Assembly (NCBI GenBank): GCA_963514005.1
Contig: OY740814.1
Span: 11,656,001-11,720,000, forward strand
From: Raja brachyura
Taxonomy: Eukaryota
Direction of reading: 5' to 3'
DNA length: 64,000 nucleotides
Made by a program: the position numbers and the translations under genes. Shown one piece after another: positions 1 through 12,035 of the stretch; the stretch's first letter is position 1; each line of letters opens with the position of its first letter. Below the pieces are notes generated by a model. It worked only from the letters and a program-made list of their open reading frames with translations, was not told the origin of the DNA and did no database searches.

Positions 1-1105
1 GCTGAATCATCAATAAAGCATTTTGGTGGCCAATATGCCTGCCTGGCAGAAAGTGAAGCTCAATAGAATCTTAGAAGAATCCACAGGAGTTAAAGCAAAA
101 AGCTAATAAAACTCATCTTAACTGACACAGCCCTCGCTCACGATTTCTGCAGAAAAACAGTGATTTCTCTAAAAGCAGAAATGCCCTTCCTTTACGACAA
201 ATAACACTCGTAAATCCACAGGATAAAACTGAACTGCAAAAGCAGACCTCCCATTTTAAAGGGAGATTAAAGTTCAAAATATATTTTATTTTTAAACACG
301 TTAACCAAAGTGTCACAACTGTAGTGGCTTAATTGAACATACTTTAATGAACCCATAGCTTAGTGAACAGTTGCAGTTATGGCAAACAGTAGTTCAAATA
401 TGATGCAATTTACAGCGGGGAGTTACCCTCAAATAACAAAGGCTCTTTAAACCAAATCTCTTGAAAACAAATCAGAAAGGTCATTTATTATTTGAATCTT
501 ATGGCATCTGCTTTGACCTCATTTCAATAACATATGCTGAAATGTTATCAGAACCTAATCCATGAGCAAATGGGTTGCACTTTAATAAAACCTCTAAATA
601 CCAGACTACAAATTACCCAAGTCCCATGGTAAGAAGTTTTTATTCAATACAAATGTGTAATTATTAAAATCATACAATTGGCCTCTTACAGATTTTAAAA
701 TGAAGATGGGGTGGGATCAGTGTAATCAATTCAATGATTGATCACACAATGCAAAGGAATAAATTAGAACCTCGATTATATTTCTCTACGACGTAACAGG
801 AAAGAAAATATTTTGATACGGCATTCAAGCCATTGCTCACAAGTTTGAAAAAGCATAATATGCCTACTGCAGCATACATCCAAATGTTAAGCCACAAATA
901 TCATAAACCCACTGAGAAGCGAAAGAGGATAAACAATGATTTCAGGTTCGTACATTTCATGAACTCCCACTTTTTCTGATCAGCCGAAGAGCATGGATCA
1001 TGGATGACTGAAAAGTCTCTTGCTCAAGAATCCAGTCCTATAGTGTGATGCAAAAATGATTTACAACAAAATTGAGATTGTGTGCAACTTTTATGGGAAC
1101 AGGTT

Positions 1106-2150
1106 CATAGAAACATAGAAAATAGGTGCAAGAGTAGCCATTCGGCCCTTCGAGCCTGCACCGCCATTCAATATGATCATGGCTGATCATCCAACTCAGT
1201 ATCCTGTACCTGCCTTCTCTCCATACCCCCTGATCCCTTTAGCTACAAGGGCCACATCTAACTCCCTCTTAAATATAGCCAATGAACTGGCCTCAACTAC
1301 CTTCTGTGGCAGAGAATTCCACAGATTCACCACTCTGTGTGAAAAATTATTTTCTCATCTCGATCCTAAAAGACCGTATACTTAAACTGTGACCCCTTGT
1401 TCTGGACTTCCCCAACATCGCGAACAATTTTCCTGCATCTGGCCTGTCCAATCCCTTAAGAATGTTGTAAGTCTCTATAAGATCCCCCCTCAATCTTCTA
1501 AATTCCAGCGAGTACAAGCCGAGTCTATCCAATCTTTCTTCATATGGAAGTCCTGCCATCCCAGGAATCAGTCTGGTGAACCTTCTCTGTACTCCCTCTG
1601 TGGCAAGAATGTCTTTCCTCAGATTAGGAGACCAAAACTGTACTCAATACTCCAGGTGTGGCCTCACCAAGACCCTGTACAACTGCAGTACAACCTCCCT
1701 GCTCTTGTACTCAAATCCTTTTGCTACGAATGCCAACATACCATTCGCTTTCTTCACAGCCTGCTGCACCTGCATGAATACTTTCAATGACTGGTGTACC
1801 ATGACATCCAGGTTTCGTTGCATCTCCCCTTTTCCTAATCAGCCACCATTCAGATAATAGTCTACCCTCCTGTTTTTGCTACCAAAGTGGATAACCTCAC
1901 ATTTATCCACATTATATTGCATCTGCCATGCATTTGCCCACTCACCCAACCTATCCAAGTCACCTTGCAGCCTAGCATCCTCCTCACAGCTAACACTGCC
2001 CCCTCAGCTTCGTGACATCCCCAAACTTGGAGATGTTGCATTCAATTCCCTCATCCAGATCATTAATATATATTGTAAATAGCTTGTAAATATATATTGA
2101 GCCTTGCGGTACCCCAGTTGCCATTGCCTGCCATTCTGAAAATGACCCAT
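1106..2150 (-). mobile_element. CR1-clade (HER1-like) LINE, 5'-truncated 3' fragment
   Basis: Minus ORF 1347-1559 GLPYEERLDRLGLYSLEFRRLRGDLIETY is the typical CR1 ORF2 C-terminus. The (TTCTATGT)n-type tail is at 1106-1122 and the 3' UTR is near-identical to the copy at 32502-32742. Confidence 0.92.
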
Positions 2151-2887
2151 TTAGTCATCTTAGCATGCAAGAGCTGCCCACAGTTCCCATGCATATGCTG
2201 CCCACAGCCTCCATGATAAAAGTTGCAGGCTTGGGAGATGCATTCAGTGTCACCCGGACAATAATTGCAGTGCATTTTAGTGGAGGAAATCCATCTGTAA
2301 GGTAGAGTTTTTGCTGCTCAAAAATACTTTTTCCTGAATGGAATTGAGCCTCAAATGTTATCGGTAATGTACTCAGCCAGGAATGTGCAGAGCATTCCAT
2401 CATGTTCCCAACTTTGTCTTACATAAGGAAAAAGTTGAGGTATTATAAATCAAGTGATTACATTTTGGATATCCAGCCTCTGCCCTGCCCTCATAGCAAC
2501 TTGTGTGAATGGTTCAGTTAAGCGTCGAGCCAACAGTGAATGCTGCATCCCTATCGCCATGAGTATTGATGGTGGGACTCAACCATGGTAAAACCACCGA
2601 ATATCAATCGATTCATGGATATTAACATCTCAGTACATCTTAACAAGATTTTAAGGATCACAAACAAACGTGAGACAGTGTGAACGAGAGGTTTCATATG
2701 AATAATATCTGTGCTGGTGCATTCCAATATCAATCCAAAACTTATTCCATGCACTAATTTATTGCCCTGTATCTACCATATTTTAACTATTTATCCCTAC
2801 TAATAAAAACTTTAAAATATATTCTCAAAATAATTAAATTATCAAGTAATTACATTCTACTTTATATTAACTTCCATATTTTCTTAC

Positions 2888-3176
2888 AACATAGATGGTC
2901 ATTCAGCCCATTAAGGACATACTGACACAGTGAACTCTCCCATACATGAAAAATATTTTTTCATGTATTCTCTCCACATTCTCATCAATTCTATCACCCT
3001 TCTATACACCAGGGGCAATATACATTGGCCAATTAACCTGCCAACTCAAATCTGTGATATGTGGTAGTAAATTGAAGCACCAGAAGAAAATCAACGTGGT
3101 TACAGGGAGCACATCAAACTGACCATACCAGAGGTCAGGGTTCAATCCTAATCACTGCGGCTGAGTCAGCAGCTTC
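2888..3176 (-). mobile_element. Degenerate HE1-like tRNA-derived SINE
   Basis: Diverged reverse-complement match to the SINE copies at 38859 and 47865 (ggcaat..tacattggccaattaacct...gaaaa). Confidence 0.55.
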
Positions 3177-5645
3177 CCGAACTTTACTATTCAATACGAA
3201 ACATAATTTTAGAATACATATTAGCTTGGAATATAACTGTGTGTAATCATGCGGTAAATTTAAGCATTTAAATCATATTGATTTGAACCAAACATTGATT
3301 AGGCAAAAGGTTTTTCTCCAAACAAGAGAACGATACACCCTAAAACGAGATCCTTATTGCATTTAGATGGGATAATTATAGTTTAGGAGTGGTAAATATT
3401 CTAATTAGATTTTCTGCAAATCTGTACCTCCATATGGCAACCCCAATATGCTAAATTCACACCACTACATCATAGCTCTTTGTATAAGCACTAGGTGATC
3501 CATCATCTTGTACTACTATGACCCCAGTGTTTACTGCATGGTAGCAATTTCACTCAAATACAAAGTCAATTATCTCCTACTTTGTAAATGTCATGGCGGT
3601 GGGTCATTATCATTTACTTAAAAACCTGAATGAAATGCAGAACAGAGCCTGGATGGCATTCAGGTGACCTGACTTAAAACTCTGCACCCTATTCCAGTGT
3701 TGCCCGTCACATAAACAAACTCAGTTAATTTCTTGCTTTTTACTCAAGCAAAAATTAAAAAACATGATGCAACAAGACTTCAGACAGAGCGAAGGAAAAG
3801 GACATCTAATAAGCACCCTCTTTAAACAGCATTTCTAGAGATATCCATTGCCCAACAGATTCCATTTTATCAACTAAAGAAAAATAGCGCAGGCAAATTA
3901 TAAAGTTATTTTATAAAGAAATTAGGGAAAACCAAAAATTGCACCAATTATTGGAGTGATGCCACTGGATCAATTGCTTATCAAATGCAATTACAATCAA
4001 GTCCCTGCTAATTAAAATATAATCTCTGCGCTTTCTCTTAAAGTCAGAACAAAAGTTAGTTATTGTAACTGAAGTAACCAACACTAAACATCTGCCCAAA
4101 CAAAAATCATATTGAAATAGATTAGTTTGTTTTTCCAATGTCCAAATAATCCCAATACTGAATGTGATGCATTTGATTTTCTAAAATCTGCAAATATTAC
4201 AAGCAGGCAAAATTTCTGGCATTTTAAAACCACGATTACTGATTACTAAACTTCAAATCGTGAACCCAATGCAAGTTTATCCCAGTTTCAGAAAGTTATT
4301 TCCCATGCTTATTGGTGCCACATTTCATAAAAAACAAAGAATATTGCAGGCTCGTTCTTGGGTCAACCACATATAATTAATTATTTGGAATTCACATAGG
4401 ACTTCAGTGCACTACAGTCCACACATGTCTCTGGCATAATTTATTATCTATTTACTCACTGTGCTAGCTCATAAAGCTAACCTTTGACCTACTGCAGGCA
4501 CATGCTATCAATTTTCTTTGGATGCCCCTCAATATCCAATCCTACTATCCTTTAATAAGCTGGAAATACTTAAAAGATCAAAGCTGTGCTTGACTGCTTC
4601 AAGAACAAAGAGCATATTCTAATGGAGTAATAACACAAAACACAAAATTACATTAACTTTCCAAGATTACTCACAAGCCCCAAGAACGCAGATCACATAA
4701 GAACAGCTGCAATTAAACATGACAGGCAACATTTTTTTTTAAACTACAACTTCCCACAATTGCAAAAGCTAGGTCGTGCTAGGCAGTCTTGCACAGGGTT
4801 TATTAAATCTATTTCAGTTCTCCACATATTTGGTAAAGAATGCTTTCAATTTATGGAAAATGTAGGCACAGTTGTGTTTAAGATAGATCTCAAACACTAA
4901 AATCAGATTTTTAAGGTTACCAACACAAGATCCTGAAATTGCTCATGACACTTTGTTTTCTTATTCACTTGATCCACAATAACAATGTTCTTGGGGGAAT
5001 AAGTCTGATTGGTCACTTCCTACTTTACACAATGCATCGTTCTGCAGAATAAGATGCAAAACTGTGTGCAAAGTCCCGAGTTTCAAAGAGAATTTCAATG
5101 ACGTGGCTGAAAATTAGATTTAACTCCCTGTAGGGTCAAGAATGCTCTTTGATTAGAAGCAGATGGAACAATATGAAAGCCAGCTCCTGGACCTCATCTT
5201 TAAACAGGAAATTCAGAGCTAACCAACTGGCTGTTTCCTAATTGTTCCCAGAGATTCATATTGTTTCTAAATGAACACATCTTTTGTGTTAAAATGTCCT
5301 TAAGCTTTCATTCATGTTAAAAATACAAGCACAGATTAAAATGACAATCACAAACTCAGAAGATTTCATATTGAAATCGTCTGTGATCACAACAGTTAAT
5401 AATGACGATTTCTGCAGATATACTTTAATGCAACTTTCATAACAGCTAAAAATCTCAATATATAAAACCACATAGAATCTTACTTTAAATAACCATCTAT
5501 TAAAAACTTAAACAAAACTAATTAGAATAATATTTGAGCAGTTATAATTTATAACTGATCATTGGTCTGCATTATTACCTATTGATTCACCGATTATGGT
5601 ATCAAATTACAACAGAAATGTTGCATAAAAGAAAGTTACACTTAC

Positions 5646-5714
5646 CGTTTTCCTATTGTAGTAATACATAAGTGAATTACTACCCATACCAGGCACTGTA
5701 TAAGCACAATACAT
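5646..5714 (-). CDS. TCF12: TCF12 HEBAlt alternative first exon, coding part (Alt domain) MYCAYTVPGMGSNSLMYYYNRKT
   Basis: ATG at 5714 in context agcaacATG (A at -3), 23 codons, then donor ACG|gtaagt in phase 0. Nearly identical to the mammalian HEBAlt Alt domain (MYCAYPVPGMGxNSLMYYYNGKT) and located after the KVPPGLPSS exon as expected. Confidence 0.96.
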
Positions 5715-6000
5715 GTTGCTCGCTAAAATCTAGCGTGGAGAGATCAGCAACTGTGCACTTCACTGTGCGACACATTCAACTACTCAATTTCAGGCAGACT
5801 AATTCCTTAATCTTTCCACACATGGATCTACTCAGAAGGAACTTATGCAAAGTAGGCTGAACCATTCAACGCAAGAGCTGGGGAGGGAAGTTGAGCTTTA
5901 TTGGCTACATTCCGTATTCAGCACTTGACGCAGTCACAGCAAACATAACCAGAGCAACGTTCAAATACAGGTGGATAGGACCAGGGAAAGTGTGATCTCC
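5715..6000 (-). promoter_or_regulatory. Putative HEBAlt 5' UTR / proximal promoter
   Basis: Immediately upstream of the HEBAlt ATG and repeat-free. CCAAT box on minus (attgg 5900-5904), GGGAGGG at 5881, E-box CAGGTG at 5968-5973. TSS cannot be determined. Confidence 0.55.
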
Positions 6001-6949
6001 AGAAAATGTAATAGGTTACTATATTTTGAAATCTTTAGTTTGTTCATTAACTTCAATTAATGCAAAAGAGACAAAAATATTGAAAGTGAAATCTAAATTT
6101 AATGCTTACTTTAGCTATAAAAAAAAATTATGGGTGGAAAGTCAGCGCACACACACACACACGATGTGAACAAAACATTTCACATGGGAGAAAAACGATT
6201 GACCACTATAAATCTATGAAGCACAGTAACAGGAAACTACTCAAATAAAGCTTTACTCTACCCTCATTATAACATGGATCCCAAGAGTGTGGCATTTAGT
6301 AATTAACAATGAGGTTCATGCTATTGTGAAAGTCTGGTTGCTTTACATTAAGACATAAAGTTGCAACAAAATCATATGTAGGCCAGCAAATGTGTTAAAA
6401 ATCTACAGATAGAAAGCAGCCTAGCTTAATTTCTGTTGCAACTCTCTCTATTTCTGGGTGGCTGGGTCAAAACAAAATTACATGGATGTTTCCTTTAACA
6501 AAAGGAGGAAAATGCACCCTCACAGGAAAAAGCAAATTCATTAACACACACGGAGTCTGCCCTATAGTTAGAAAAGCTCAGCAGCAGCTGCAGAAGGACA
6601 ATATATACGTCAGGCTAATAAAAAGCAAGACAGAATGACGTACAACTTCCTCCTGAGACTATGAGGGCCTATTTTGGTCCTGTGAGGCCAGTGGAAAAGC
6701 TTTGATTTACAATTAACAATTCTATTCACTGAATCTCCTTATGAATGTTTTGTCTTTTCTGGCAGCGTGATTATGTTAAAAAGAGCTTTCAATCTCCCAG
6801 TCCCTCTTGACGTCAGTATTCCATGAGATAACATTTTTATATCTAAATACTACATTCTGAGGTTTAAAGGAAAAAATGGCATCTTAATAGATTGGAAAGT
6901 TGTGTACTTCCGTGAAGTATTTAAATTGTCTTACTATAGTCATACTATA

Positions 6950-7400
6950 GTCACACCGGGAGCTCGCGGGTCCCTGGTGGGAGATCGCTTTTCGGAGCTC
7001 ACGCGGCGTCAACTTCTCCCGCCCGAGTTGCGGGGGTCGAAAATGACCTGGATTGGGGGCTTACATCGACCGGCGCGGCTTTAATGGCCGCGGGACATGC
7101 TGGCGCCTGCCGCGGGACATGCTGGCGCCTGCCGCGGGCTCTAACATCAAGACCCGGAGCGCGGCCTTGCATCGCCCGGCGTGGCCTGAATGGCCGCGGG
7201 ATTTATTTACCATCGCCCGCCGGGGGCTTCGACTCTGACATCGGGAGGAGAATGGGGAGTGCAGGGGAGAGATACGACTTTGCCTTCCATCACAGTGAGG
7301 AGGAGATTCACTGTGATGGATGTTTGTGTAAATTGTGTTGTGTCTTGGTTCTTTTCTTGTTTGTATAACTGCAGAAACTAAATTTTGATTGAACCTCAAC
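6950..7400 (+). mobile_element. GC-rich non-autonomous retroposon family, 5'-truncated copy A
   Basis: Highly similar to 17330-17670. Contains a 22-bp tandem duplication (ccgcgggacatgctggcgcctg x2) and the hairpin at 7286-7320. Confidence 0.8.
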
Positions 7401-8790
7401 CAGAAACAGGCCCTTCGGTCCAACTGGTTCATGCTGACCACGATGCTGATCTATGCTCATCTCATACACACACATTTGACCCAAATCCCTCTAAACTTTT
7501 CATATCCATACACAGGTCCAAATATCTTTTAAATATTGTTATTGTACCAGCCTCAATCATTTCATTTGACAGTCTGTTCCATATATGTGCCACTCTCTAT
7601 GTAAAAAAGTGTCCCTTCACGTTCCTATTAATACTTTCCCCTTTCATTTTAAATCTATGCATTATAGTCCTTCATTCTCCGAACCGAGAAAAAACTGTGC
7701 ATTGACCTTATCTATGCTCCTCGTGATTTTATAAGATCTATAAGATTCTATAAGATCACACCTTAGCCTCCTTGTCTCCAGGCAACAAAGACCTAGCCTG
7801 CCCAACCTCTCCTGAAAAGCCAGGTCCTTGAACCCTGGCAACTTCATCTTAAAACATTTTTGCACTCTCCAACTTAATGGCATCTTTCCTATAGTAGTTT
7901 GTGAAAAAATGAAGACAAAACTCCAGGTGCGGCCACACCAACATGTTTACAACTGCAACATAAAGTGCCAACTTTGTTTCTCAATGCCTTTACTGATGAA
8001 AGGCAGCGTGCCAAAAGCCTTCTTCATTGTCAACCTGCGATGCCACTTTTGGGGAACTATGTTGCTGCATTCCTAGGTCCCTCTAGTCTACAACACTTGA
8101 GGGCACTATGATTCATTGAGGAAGCCCTTCACTGATCTGACTTACCAAAATATCGCAGCTCGCACTTATTTGAATTAAACTCTGTTTACCATTCCTCAGT
8201 TCATTACCCAGATGATCAAGATCCCGCTATAATTCTCAATAACCTTTGTTGTCTGTGATACTATCTTATTTCAGTATCATCTGCAAACTTACTAACTATG
8301 TCTTGTACATGCTCATCCTAATCATTGATATAAATGACAGATATGGGCCTAACTAAAGGCACACCACGAGTCAAGGGCCTGCAGTCCGGATATCAACCTT
8401 CTTTCATCATTGTTTGCTTCCTACGGTCAAGCCAATTAAGCATCAAATTATCTAGTTTTAACTGGATCCAATGCAATCGAACCTTCCAGAGCTGCAACCA
8501 TGCAGAACATTAACAAAGCCCTTGTTGAATGAAATCCATAGAGACGGTGGCTACACTGCTGCATTTATCAACCTTCTCCATTACTTCTAAAAACCTCATA
8601 TTAGTGGAGAATTAATCAACCATGCACAAAACCATCCCTAATCAACCACTTTCCAAAGCATGCATATATTATCAGAATTATTTCCAGTAACTTTCCTGCC
8701 ACAGATCTTAGGCCTATTAGTCTATAATTCCCAGGTTTTTCTTTGCAATCAGTCCTTCTTAAATAGAGGCACACCATTAGCCACCCTCCA
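7400..8790 (-). mobile_element. Older CR1-clade LINE fragment
   Basis: Minus ORF 7662-7883 LAFQERLGRLGLCCLETRRLRCDLIESY. RT-region remnants (tcatctgcaaactt = KFADD on minus, ~8278-8290). Confidence 0.85.
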
Positions 8791-8849
8791 AACTTCTCCT
8801 TTCGCTTCCCACAGTGTCCTTACTCAGTACATATCTGATCAGGCCCATC

Positions 8850-9030
8850 TACCTTCATGTTTAAATGTTGTTATTGTACCTGCCTCAATCACTTCATTTG
8901 ACAGCCTGTTCCATATATGTGCCACCCTCTCTGCACAAAAAGTGTCCCTTCAAGTTTCCCCTTTCATCTTAAATCTATGCATTATAGTCCTTGATTCTCC
9001 AACCCTGGAGAACATCAGGCTCATCTACCT
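8850..9030 (-). mobile_element. Second CR1 3' fragment, near-duplicate of 7530-7690
   Basis: Shares ttgttattgtacc.gcctcaatca.ttcatttgacag..tgttccatatatgtgccac and tttcccctttcat.ttaaatctatgcattatagtcctt with the upstream copy. Confidence 0.75.
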
Positions 9031-10764
9031 TCATATCGGTTTGCGCATTCATCACTTCTACTGAAATATGGACCATCATCAATACATTGCCATTAACTTC
9101 CCCAAGCTCCCCAGCCTTCATGTTTGCCTTCATTGTTTCATTATGAATATAAAAACTCAACACAACTAAAAATAGCAGTATTACTTCTCAGAATATTCCA
9201 GCATATTTATTGGTTTATGCAGAAACTATTTCATTGTACAAAATCTCTTTACTCAACAACTGCATTACACACACAATTCAAATCTATCTTATTAGCATCT
9301 CAGCATGGTTAATCCTACATTCTATTTGGCAAATAATCCAGCTAGACATTACTTTGATTTCAAAACTTTATTACAGCCGACACGGGATTAACAAGGATGA
9401 TTACTTGGATGATACAAAATAAAGTGGACTGTCATCCATGACATCATACTGGCTAGGAATATAAATCAGTCATGCGCAAATGTGCGGAATAAATTACACC
9501 TTTGAAGGGAGGGATGTGATTTATAGCTCAGTCAAGCAATCATGATTTGCTATGTGATGGCAAGCTTCATAGAATGTTCACAATAAAGGTGACCAACAGC
9601 CCACAACATCCATGTCATTCACCCCAATGAAAATAAAATAAATACTAACTATGTGGAGTTTAGTTCTGTGGAATCTTTCAATGAATTGAATGAAAATGCC
9701 AAAGTAGTGTAGAAAAATGTGATTCATCCGAGATGGATTCAAAGGTGAAAATATCACATATTTCAGTTTTTTGAAAAGATAAATATCTTTATAAACATAA
9801 TCAAATATTCCGTACCCCTTTCATATGTTGAGATCATTGATCCCAAGCAATGCCATTTCTACTTCAATTTTTAGCACAATGATACCTGCATCAAATTTGA
9901 GGATAACATTATTTTGATTCATACTGACCAAAATACAGTTATCATAAAATATTCATATTTATCATTTGGTGTACTTTAAATTCTAAACTACAAGTTCGAG
10001 GTAAGAACGTAAATTATTGAAATCTATTGCGTATCATACTAAAAGTGGTACACAATATCAGGTACTAAGTGTAAACAAGAACTATGGAGTATTGGCTCAG
10101 CATTAATTTATTTCCATCAGACCCGTAGGGATTAACTCCTTGCCCCACCCCTCAATCCAGTAGATGTAATTCTATGAACCAGCCTAAAGGCAATTAAGCA
10201 CTAAGAACAATATTACAACATTATGCCTACTACTTAATTATGTAGAAATTTATGCAGCAACAAAGCTGTATTACAGATCATATACATTCTATAATGTTCT
10301 TATTTATAGAGTAGACACTTGATAAAACTGAAACGTAATTCACTACAGTTCATTTTTCTTTAACCATTGCAAAAAAGTTATTTTTTTAGAAATCCTTCCT
10401 TCTTATTTCAAATTCCTCAAATTTAGTTGATTTCAAAATTCACAGTATTAATTATCAATAATAATTAACATCACAACAATGGTAACATTCAGGGAATGAA
10501 CTGAAATAAGAAAAGAAATTGCAGCAATGAATGGTTTGTTATTCAATCCCACGTTTAAAAACAAAACTGGATAAAATGTGAAATTTGGGTGCAGTAAATG
10601 AAATCCATTTGATGCAGAGCTATCATTACAACATTCAAATGTGAGTAACTTTTAAACCTGTTGAAGCAAGGTTAAATTAATTTCCAAAATTAAGGCACAT
10701 TACTATTTTATTAAAATTAAAGAAAGCAAAAAAAAACTGAGACACACAGGCTAACCAAATATCC

Positions 10765-10781
10765 ACTGCCACCTAGTGTTG
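10765..10781 (-). promoter_or_regulatory. Putative CTCF site (reverse orientation)
   Basis: Minus strand reads aACACTAGGTGGCAGt versus consensus CCASYAGRKGGCRS, one mismatch. Confidence 0.5.
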
Positions 10782-12017
10782 CTGTATTATAAAACAATTG
10801 CATAATATTCAAGTCAGTGGGGCTAGGACAATTGCTACAATGCTGATGGATATTGAGTGACAGAGATTTGCAGCAATTCAGCTACGAAGTAATCAGATTA
10901 CCAATCTAACTTGCAACTCAATTTCACAAAAATGGTTATGTGCAGTAAGCATTAAATATGCATATTAATATCTTAAGAGAATAGTAACTCTTGTTTGAGG
11001 CTGGAATGTTTAAATTTTCCACAATACTCAGTAATGTGTTTTAATATTACTATTTTGGCTAATCAAAATCACAACTTCACAACAAAACAATGAGACCTGG
11101 CCATACTATCCACAATCAGTAGAGGGGATGGGGTTGAGGTTGAGATTGAGGGGGATGTAGGGGGCACCTGAAGATGATATGGAAGGAGTGAATTGGGAAA
11201 TGCAGTAGAGGTCGAGGGAATGGTGGAACTGTGCCCAGGAGAGGGGAAGGTGGGAGTTGGGGGGTGAGAGAGGACGATAAGATTGCACAGTCGGGGAGGG
11301 TGAAATTGCGCAGGAGATTGTGGAAGGGTAGCGGTAAGGAAGTGAAATAGAATGTGCTGGGGGTATATATGCTGCCCTACTTAACAGCCAACCTCAAAAA
11401 TTAACCCGTTCTTTGTGTATCTGTTTCCCGCCTTGCAGAGTATTTGAACCAATTTCAGTTTTAGTGTTTTAGAACACACTGGTATGCATGTTATATAGAG
11501 ATTGAAATGTGCAATTTTAATCTGACAATAATATCCAGGCTCACAGTGACATGGTTGTCCCAAAGGTTAAACAAAAACTCAATGAAATCAGCTGTTATAT
11601 GGCTTAATAATATAACACAACCCTTCAATGAGGGCATAGGACAGACTATTCCAACTATATTGTTAAAAGCCACAAATCCCTGTACGTCATCACCAGCTGA
11701 AAAGAAAACAAAAACAACCTGAATAAAGCCTAATGTTTAAATTTAATATTCAATTTGAGCAGCTCCAATAATTATGATAATATTCTTTTAAGTAGCCATA
11801 TCTTCAGAGAAATAGCTCATTACAGGCAATTCCTTGTGGAATTGATTGAGATTTTAGATTTAACAATTGACAACATGAAGATAGCAATTTTAATTATGTG
11901 TTGTGCATTAGTATATACATTAAATAAACCACTAGAGCTCGGAATTATGATGCACACAAAAATCAATAACACACCTGCGTGATGCTCAGCAGGTAGTAGG
12001 CTGGTGCAACTTCTGAT

Positions 12018-12035
12018 TTCCAGCAGATGGCACTT
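12018..12035 (+). promoter_or_regulatory. Putative CTCF site (forward orientation)
   Basis: ttCCAGCAGATGGCACtt matches the CCASYAGRKGGCRS core fully. Confidence 0.6.

Noticed and set aside
2942-2968. 12-bp-arm palindrome atacatgaaaaa/tttttcatgtat
   Set aside because: AT-rich, short and inside a decayed SINE; plausibly chance or local slippage.
1-5645. Next TCF12 exon (VYAPSP...FFMQ)
   Set aside because: Not found by eye on the minus strand; it probably lies beyond position 1.
11120-11365. G/purine-rich tract as a functional G-quadruplex; also 51975-52150 and poly-G/C runs near 38322, 54637 and 58480
   Set aside because: Low-complexity sequence with no supporting context; homopolymer lengths may be unreliable.
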